Virus record (IMG/VR): IMGVR_UViG_3300020193_000024
Span: 1 to 57,504 of that record
Strand: one strand, 5' to 3'
From: a virus
Taxonomy: Duplodnaviria; Caudoviricetes
DNA length: 57,504 nucleotides
Shown here: in pieces, positions 52,521 to 57,504 of the stretch
How the letters are laid out: every line of letters begins with the position of its first letter
Numbering within the stretch: position 1 is the stretch's first letter
Made by a program: the position numbers and the translations under genes
The notes under the pieces: generated by a model
The model's input: the letters and a program-made list of their open reading frames with translations, nothing else
The model's database searches: none
Told to the model about the DNA's origin: nothing

Positions 52521-53057
52521 TCAAGATTTGACGGTGTACTTTACACCGTCCACGACCAACCAGTTGATTGTTCTGTGGTCAACCTGACGCAGACGATTCT
52601 TTTTGTCGTCACTGTCCAGGTCTTCGACCATGCTTCGGCCAAGCAAAGGTTCTGGCTTTACCAACTTGCCACGCATAGTTCTCTCAGTACCGTCCTGCTT
52701 CTGGAAGGAAACGGAAAGAGGCGTATTGGGCGAACCGATGAGAAGTTCAGCAGCCTGTGTTTTAGTGACTTTCTTTTCTTCTTGGAACTGGTCTGCCGAG
52801 AGGCAGGTTTCAATGTAGTGAATCTTAAAGAGTGTGGCCCCTGTAGAATGATACTTTCCAAGAATCTTAATCTTGCCAGTATGCACCTTTCGATGGCATT
52901 TTACACAAGTTGTTAGCATATTCCACCAGTGATAAGTGCCTCCATCCTTGCCTTCAATAATACGGTGAGCATCTAGGAGGTCGTAGTCGTTTTCACCGCA
53001 GAAGAAACACTCCTTGTCGAACAATTTCTTAACTTGTTTCTTAGTGTACTTTTTCAT
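52521..53057 (-). CDS. HNH domain fused to an SH3-like beta-barrel domain
   Basis: CFFCG...AHRI....GG.Y...N....CVKCH; VSFQKQDGTERTMRG...VEDLD...RQVD. Confidence 0.7.
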   Translation of the reverse strand: MKKYTKKQVKKLFDKECFFCGENDYDLLDAHRIIEGKDGGTYHWWNMLTTCVKCHRKVHTGKIKILGKYHSTGATLFKIHYIETCLSADQFQEEKKVTKTQAAELLIGSPNTPLSVSFQKQDGTERTMRGKLVKPEPLLGRSMVEDLDSDDKKNRLRQVDHRTINWLVVDGVKYTVKS

Positions 53058-53134
53058 ACTTGTAATTATAACAGCCGCTATGTATCCCTGCCAGATTTTT
53101 TTACCAATAATACTTTGGCGTGCGTCTATACTGT

Positions 53135-53545
53135 ATGGCTAATTTACCAGAGAACGTCATTCCTGAGTCGGCTACTAGGGACGACTCAGGCAGACGAGTT
53201 ATTGTCAATTCGGTAGGCGGTCCATCCTGGCCTGATAACAGGACTGGCAAGAAGGTAATTGAGAACTGGAACGGCGATACCATTGGGCAGTACGCCAAAA
53301 CTGACAAAAAGAAGCGGGCGTTAGAGAATGTTCAAGGAACCGTCGTATGGGGGCCTTACAAGCTCTACTACATGGCCCACTGCAAAGCAACAGACAAGAA
53401 TGGCAATTACATCAAAAAGGGCGGCAAATACGTCCTTACCAGGAACAAACAGAAGTTCATCACAGAACCTTATTGGAACGTCCTGCTCGACGGTTACAAC
53501 CGTGAAGTCCTATTCTGTGAGAAAGAATTGACATTTGTAGATTGA
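53135..53545 (+). CDS. Hypothetical protein
   Basis: Basic, beta-rich ORF. Confidence 0.6.
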   Translation: MANLPENVIPESATRDDSGRRVIVNSVGGPSWPDNRTGKKVIENWNGDTIGQYAKTDKKKRALENVQGTVVWGPYKLYYMAHCKATDKNGNYIKKGGKYVLTRNKQKFITEPYWNVLLDGYNREVLFCEKELTFVD

Positions 53546-53621
53546 AAGAATTTGTAACTTTCTGTCCAAAACTTGTAAATTTTTATAACTTCCACACTAC
53601 ATAAGTGTGGAGGTTATTTTT

Positions 53622-54371
53622 ATGGGTCACGTTTACTTTGTTCAGGAAGTCGAAAGTGGAGCTATTAAGATTGGCTGGTCTAGCAATCTCCGCAAAAGAG
53701 TGCTGGCGTTACAGGCATACAGTCCCAATAAGCTTAAATTATTAGCGGCTTTTGAAGGAACTTTAGATACAGAAAAGAAAGTGCATGAGTCCTTCAAAGA
53801 ATACAGAATAAGAGGGGAATGGTTTCGTCCAGAAAAAGAACTGCTGGACCTTATCGAGAAAAATAAGCTGCAAGAAGTGCCTTTGAATTTGGAAAAGGCT
53901 GTGCAGCAATATAATGGTCAGCCATCAAGCGAAGAGGGCAAAGAATGTCGTAAATGGCTAGAACTTGCCGAATATCATATCGAAGATACAGTGCCAGAAC
54001 CAGAGTCAGAAGATATGCTCTCAGTGGAGGAGGCGGCTTCTGCTCTTGGTATTTCGTCTCAAACCCTGAGAAATTGGGAAAAAAAAGGCATCTTTGTTCC
54101 AACCAGAAGTGCTGGTGGTCATCGCAGATACAAAAGAGCAGACGTTTTGGCTTTACGCAAACAACAAATGACGGGATTTGAATTTGTTCTCCCGTGCATA
54201 ACAGTCAATGACTTGTGGGAGAGTGTTCGTAACTTACTCGCCCCTTTTGACCCTATGGAAAAAATCAACGTTAGTATCCGACAAGATTCTGTGTTGAATA
54301 AGGTTCAAATCATTGTAGATTCAGAAGATGGACTAATCACCATCAACAAAAACTTTACTATCAAGGATTAA
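53622..54371 (+). CDS. GIY-YIG (T5orf172-like) domain plus MerR-type HTH
   Basis: VYFVQ....IKIGWS...R...LQ, E..VH..F...RIRGEWF; LSVEEAA..LGIS.QTLRNWE..G...P.RSAGGHRRY. Confidence 0.85.
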   Translation: MGHVYFVQEVESGAIKIGWSSNLRKRVLALQAYSPNKLKLLAAFEGTLDTEKKVHESFKEYRIRGEWFRPEKELLDLIEKNKLQEVPLNLEKAVQQYNGQPSSEEGKECRKWLELAEYHIEDTVPEPESEDMLSVEEAASALGISSQTLRNWEKKGIFVPTRSAGGHRRYKRADVLALRKQQMTGFEFVLPCITVNDLWESVRNLLAPFDPMEKINVSIRQDSVLNKVQIIVDSEDGLITINKNFTIKD

Positions 54372-54372
54372 C

Positions 54373-54807
54373 ATGAAGAATTTTTGGTTGGACCGCAAGG
54401 GTCCAAAAAAGACACGAATCAATATCTGGCTTTCTGCCAGTATTGCGAATGACGCATTTGAGATGGAGGACAGGACCACCGAGAAGCTCGTAGATTTCTG
54501 CGACATCGAAACCGCCCAACTCCAATCATCTGCCGTCACTAACAAGTTCACCCCCGAAGGGACCAATGAAATGTTGAGTCTCCTACGTGTGGGTAAGGCT
54601 GTTGGCCCAAAAGGTCTAGGTGCCGATTTCAGCCAGCACCTAGACGCATACCACCGCACTTCAACTCAGTGGTACAAGAAAGCCGACTGGCCACAATCGT
54701 TGGATAAAGCAATCGCACAATCCAACAAAGAGATTGGTGAAGCTGAGGCCGCAAAAGTCAAAGAATCGGCTTTTGTGGAACCAGCTACCAAGCCTGTGAA
54801 GATTTAG
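54373..54807 (+). CDS. Hypothetical protein
   Basis: Coupled to upstream gene; MKNFWLDRK start. Confidence 0.65.
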   Translation: MKNFWLDRKGPKKTRINIWLSASIANDAFEMEDRTTEKLVDFCDIETAQLQSSAVTNKFTPEGTNEMLSLLRVGKAVGPKGLGADFSQHLDAYHRTSTQWYKKADWPQSLDKAIAQSNKEIGEAEAAKVKESAFVEPATKPVKI

Positions 54808-54809
54808 TG

Positions 54810-54847
54810 AAAAAAGGCCCGCTTGAACTAACAAGCGGGCCTTTTTT
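54810..54847. terminator. Bidirectional intrinsic terminator
   Basis: A6-GGCCCGCTTG-AACTAA-CAAGCGGGCC-T6. Confidence 0.9.
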
Positions 54848-54849
54848 CT

Positions 54850-55368
54850 TTATGGCTGTGCTGGTGGCATCGGGCCTGCCGGGAGCGGCGGCGGCGGCAC
54901 TGGTAGCGTTGCGGGTGGTGTTGGATTAGCCACATACGGGAACGAATAGGTGCCTAGTGGCACATAAGTAACTGGGTAGAATGCGAAGTGTGGGGCACAC
55001 CAGTAGTACCATGACAAAGCAAATGGGTCATAGTAAAGGTAGGTGCCGTAACGACGGTCCCAATAGTATCGTGACCAGTGATTGTGGTTGAAACCCCTGT
55101 AGAAATAGCCGTAACGGAAATGATGTCCGTGACGATGATGGTAGTTGTGTACGTGCCACCTGTGGGTATGCACTGGCGCAACCGGATGTACATTATGTGG
55201 TCGATGATGCACTGTTACTTTCACATTGGCGGCAGGTGGTGGTGCATGCCGGTGATGATGTGAAGGTTGTGAAGGTTGTGAAGGCGGTTGCTTTGATGAT
55301 GGCTGCTGTGCTAAAACTGGAGCGACTGCTAGAAGAATTACTGATAGTGCGGCAAACAATATTTTCAT
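54850..55368 (-). CDS. Exported His/Tyr/Pro-rich protein
   Basis: SD AGGAG; signal peptide; His-rich region then WSRYYWD.RYG.YLYYDP....WYYWC. Confidence 0.75.
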   Translation of the reverse strand: MKILFAALSVILLAVAPVLAQQPSSKQPPSQPSQPSHHHRHAPPPAANVKVTVHHRPHNVHPVAPVHTHRWHVHNYHHRHGHHFRYGYFYRGFNHNHWSRYYWDRRYGTYLYYDPFALSWYYWCAPHFAFYPVTYVPLGTYSFPYVANPTPPATLPVPPPPLPAGPMPPAQP

Positions 55369-55442
55369 TTCTTTCTCCTTTAATAATACCACTTAACTTA
55401 TTATAGGATAGTGACCCCAATGAAATAAGAGGTTAATAGAAA

Positions 55443-56495
55443 ATGCCTGTACACGAAAAAGAAAGAACGTATGTGAGGACGGCGTTCCCTACGTTTCATA
55501 CAACACCAGAAAGTCCCTTCATTTGGGAGCCGAGCAAACTCCATGTAGTAGCTCCAATCGTTAACGCATGTAGGTTCACTAGCAGATACCATCTGTTTGA
55601 ACGGTTTGAGAAAATGGTGTTAGATGCGGGTGCGAGGCTGTGGGTAGTGGAAGCAGCTTTCGGTAATCGCCCGCACGTTGTTACTACTCCTGATAATCCT
55701 CAACACATTCAGTTGAGAACTTGGTCTGAATTGTGGCACAAAGAAAACCTTATCAACATCGGTATCTCCCGTCTTCCCTCTGATTGGGAATATGTGGCCT
55801 GGATTGACCCCGATGTAGACTTCGCACGGCCTGATTGGGTCAATGAAACTCTAAACCAGTTACAACACTTCCACGTTGTTCAGATGTTTACCAACACCCA
55901 CGACCTGGGGCCTGACTTCAACATCATCAATACCCACATGGGCTTCATCCACCGCTACAAAATTGGCGGTATACCAGCAGCCCCTAAAAACAAGGTGCAA
56001 CTAACAGGTTACTACGGTGGCCTAGCAAGGGGTAAGAAACCACCAAGCCATTACGCACACCCAGGTTATGCCTGGGCTGCTCGGCGTAAGGCGATTGACG
56101 ACCTTGGGGGGCTAATCGACTACGCCATCATTGGCTCTGCTGACTGGCACATGGCCTATGCACTTATCGGCCAAATGGAAACGACCCTGAACCAAAAATG
56201 GTCAAAGTCGTTGGTGGACCTGATGCTTGAATGGCAGGCCAGGGCGGAAACTTACATCCGTCGTAACGTCGGCTGCGTCCCAGGAAGTATCTTGCATCAC
56301 TGGCACGGCAAGAAGAAAGACAGGAGATACACTTCCCGTGCGGGCTTCTTGATTGATAACAAGTACGACCCACTTCTTGACCTCAAGCGAGACGCCCAAG
56401 GTCTGTGGCAATTAACCGATAGGTCGTTCAAGTTGCGGGACGAACTGAGGAACTATTTCAGGACACGCAACGAAGACTCAGTAGACGTAGAATGA
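55443..56495 (+). CDS. Glycosyltransferase-like (GT-A) protein
   Basis: LWHKENLIN.G....P..WEYVAWIDPD, G.AWA.RR, GSADW.MA, H.WHG. Confidence 0.65.
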   Translation: MPVHEKERTYVRTAFPTFHTTPESPFIWEPSKLHVVAPIVNACRFTSRYHLFERFEKMVLDAGARLWVVEAAFGNRPHVVTTPDNPQHIQLRTWSELWHKENLINIGISRLPSDWEYVAWIDPDVDFARPDWVNETLNQLQHFHVVQMFTNTHDLGPDFNIINTHMGFIHRYKIGGIPAAPKNKVQLTGYYGGLARGKKPPSHYAHPGYAWAARRKAIDDLGGLIDYAIIGSADWHMAYALIGQMETTLNQKWSKSLVDLMLEWQARAETYIRRNVGCVPGSILHHWHGKKKDRRYTSRAGFLIDNKYDPLLDLKRDAQGLWQLTDRSFKLRDELRNYFRTRNEDSVDVE

Positions 56496-57184
56496 AATAC
56501 CCAACGATAACAGCACTGATGGTAACAATGGGCCGACTCCCGTTGGTCCGTGAGAGCTACAAGTTCTTTACAAAGCAAACCTACCCTGAGAAGAGGTTGC
56601 TTATTGTCACCGACTGTGCCCAAAAAGAACATGAAGCACTTAAAAAGCTAGCCCATGAAGACAAGCGGGTTCTCATAGCGCATGTTGAAGGACGGCTATC
56701 GCTCGGCGAACTTCGCAATATCTCTCTTGAATACTCCACATCTGACCTGACCATTCAGTGGGACGACGATGACTGGTATGGACCAACCCGCATTATGGAA
56801 CAATGGAACGGCTTGAAGAGTTCCAAGGCTGTTATGCTTCAACAGCAACTGCACTACTTTAGGGACTCAAGTAAAGTTGCTTTAACTTGCGACCCGACCG
56901 GCATTGAAGGTACTTTGCTAATGGACAGGCGATGCGGCTTAACTTATCCTTCTCAGAAGAAAGGTGAAGACACTGTTCTCAAGAAGGAATTGAAGGAAAG
57001 AAACTGGCTGAACCTGGTTACTGGCGGCGTTTGTTACTGCCGCACTTATCATGGCAGCAACACATGGGACAAGGGCCATCACCTTGAGCGTGTGAAGAAT
57101 TTCAAGAAACCCATCACTAAAAAGGAACTCAAAGATGCGGAAAGAATATATGCAAAGCATATGGTCGAGATGTCCTCTGTGTGA
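56492..57184 (+). CDS. Glycosyltransferase family 2
   Basis: ITALMVT.GR, F.KQTY, SLGELRN, QWDDDDWY...RI..Q, GEDT. Confidence 0.88.
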   Translation: MKYPTITALMVTMGRLPLVRESYKFFTKQTYPEKRLLIVTDCAQKEHEALKKLAHEDKRVLIAHVEGRLSLGELRNISLEYSTSDLTIQWDDDDWYGPTRIMEQWNGLKSSKAVMLQQQLHYFRDSSKVALTCDPTGIEGTLLMDRRCGLTYPSQKKGEDTVLKKELKERNWLNLVTGGVCYCRTYHGSNTWDKGHHLERVKNFKKPITKKELKDAERIYAKHMVEMSSV

Positions 57185-57386
57185 CAGATTCTTAGAGGGC
57201 GGCTTGCATAGCTCACACTGTCCAGAGGGACATTATGAGTGGAACTCCAGGGGTTCCTACGCTGCCGACACAAGAATCATACAGGACGGCGCAACAGAAC
57301 ACTTCGATTTGGATGATATGTCTAGTGATTGGGAGAAGTTTGAAGCAAGGGTAGACGAACTTAGGCAAAAAAAATCATCGGTGTAA
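57150..57386 (+). CDS. Small Cys-containing hypothetical protein
   Basis: CPLC...CP.GHY; start codon uncertain. Confidence 0.45.
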   Translation: MQSIWSRCPLCDRFLEGGLHSSHCPEGHYEWNSRGSYAADTRIIQDGATEHFDLDDMSSDWEKFEARVDELRQKKSSV

Positions 57387-57420
57387 TACTCTTGTAACTT
57401 ACACCTTTTTAGGAGACACA

Positions 57421-57504
57421 ATGACGCTTCCAACCGTAACACTACAAAGCGGCCAGCAGGTAAAATTAGGCCGTATCCGCCCGGTAACAAGACCGCAATG
57501 TCTT
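57421..57504 (+). CDS. Partial CDS running off the window
   Basis: SD AGGAG then ATG; open to window end. Confidence 0.5.
   Translation, partial: MTLPTVTLQSGQQVKLGRIRPVTRPQCL

Noticed and set aside
53622-54371. IS607 transposase
   Set aside because: MerR-like HTH present, but no serine-recombinase domain and no tnpB
37431-57400. Recurring intergenic TTGTAACTT motif (37431, 53552, 57392)
   Set aside because: Few copies, AT-rich context and inconsistent spacing to starts; not enough to call a regulatory site
1-57504. Stop-codon reassignment
   Set aside because: Conserved enzymes are full length in code 11, and TAG, TGA and TAA all end genes at sensible positions; the TAG before the 38890 relic is preceded by another stop

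Overview
A 57.5 kb segment of a large T4-like (myovirus, probably jumbo) phage genome in standard genetic code. No tRNA, rRNA or CRISPR array was recognised. The left end holds a gp55-like late sigma factor and a tail/neck module: two tube-fold genes, a sheath, gp15, gp14 with a divergently transcribed gp14-like paralog, and gp13. The rest is a dense accessory region. It includes NAMPT, a Nudix hydrolase, a family-4 UDG, lysine 6-aminotransferase, glutamate dehydrogenase, a COOH-NH2 ligase, glycosyltransferases, proteases, a Dam-type methylase, a DUF262/GmrSD-like protein, McsA, and seven homing-endonuclease-type domains. Main observations: (1) about 12 scattered genes start with a T4-type capsid-targeting-like peptide, mostly behind a TAnATA late promoter, often leaderless; (2) a winged-helix protein is fused to an isolated portal clip/stem fragment; (3) a four-gene operon of exported proteins includes two CxxCH c-type cytochromes and an amyloid-like repeat protein, suggesting a planctomycete host; (4) a 5' leader carries twin covarying hairpins; (5) an exact 74-bp tandem duplication frameshifts a sulfotransferase-like gene. 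All assignments come from motif recognition by eye. No database searches were run.
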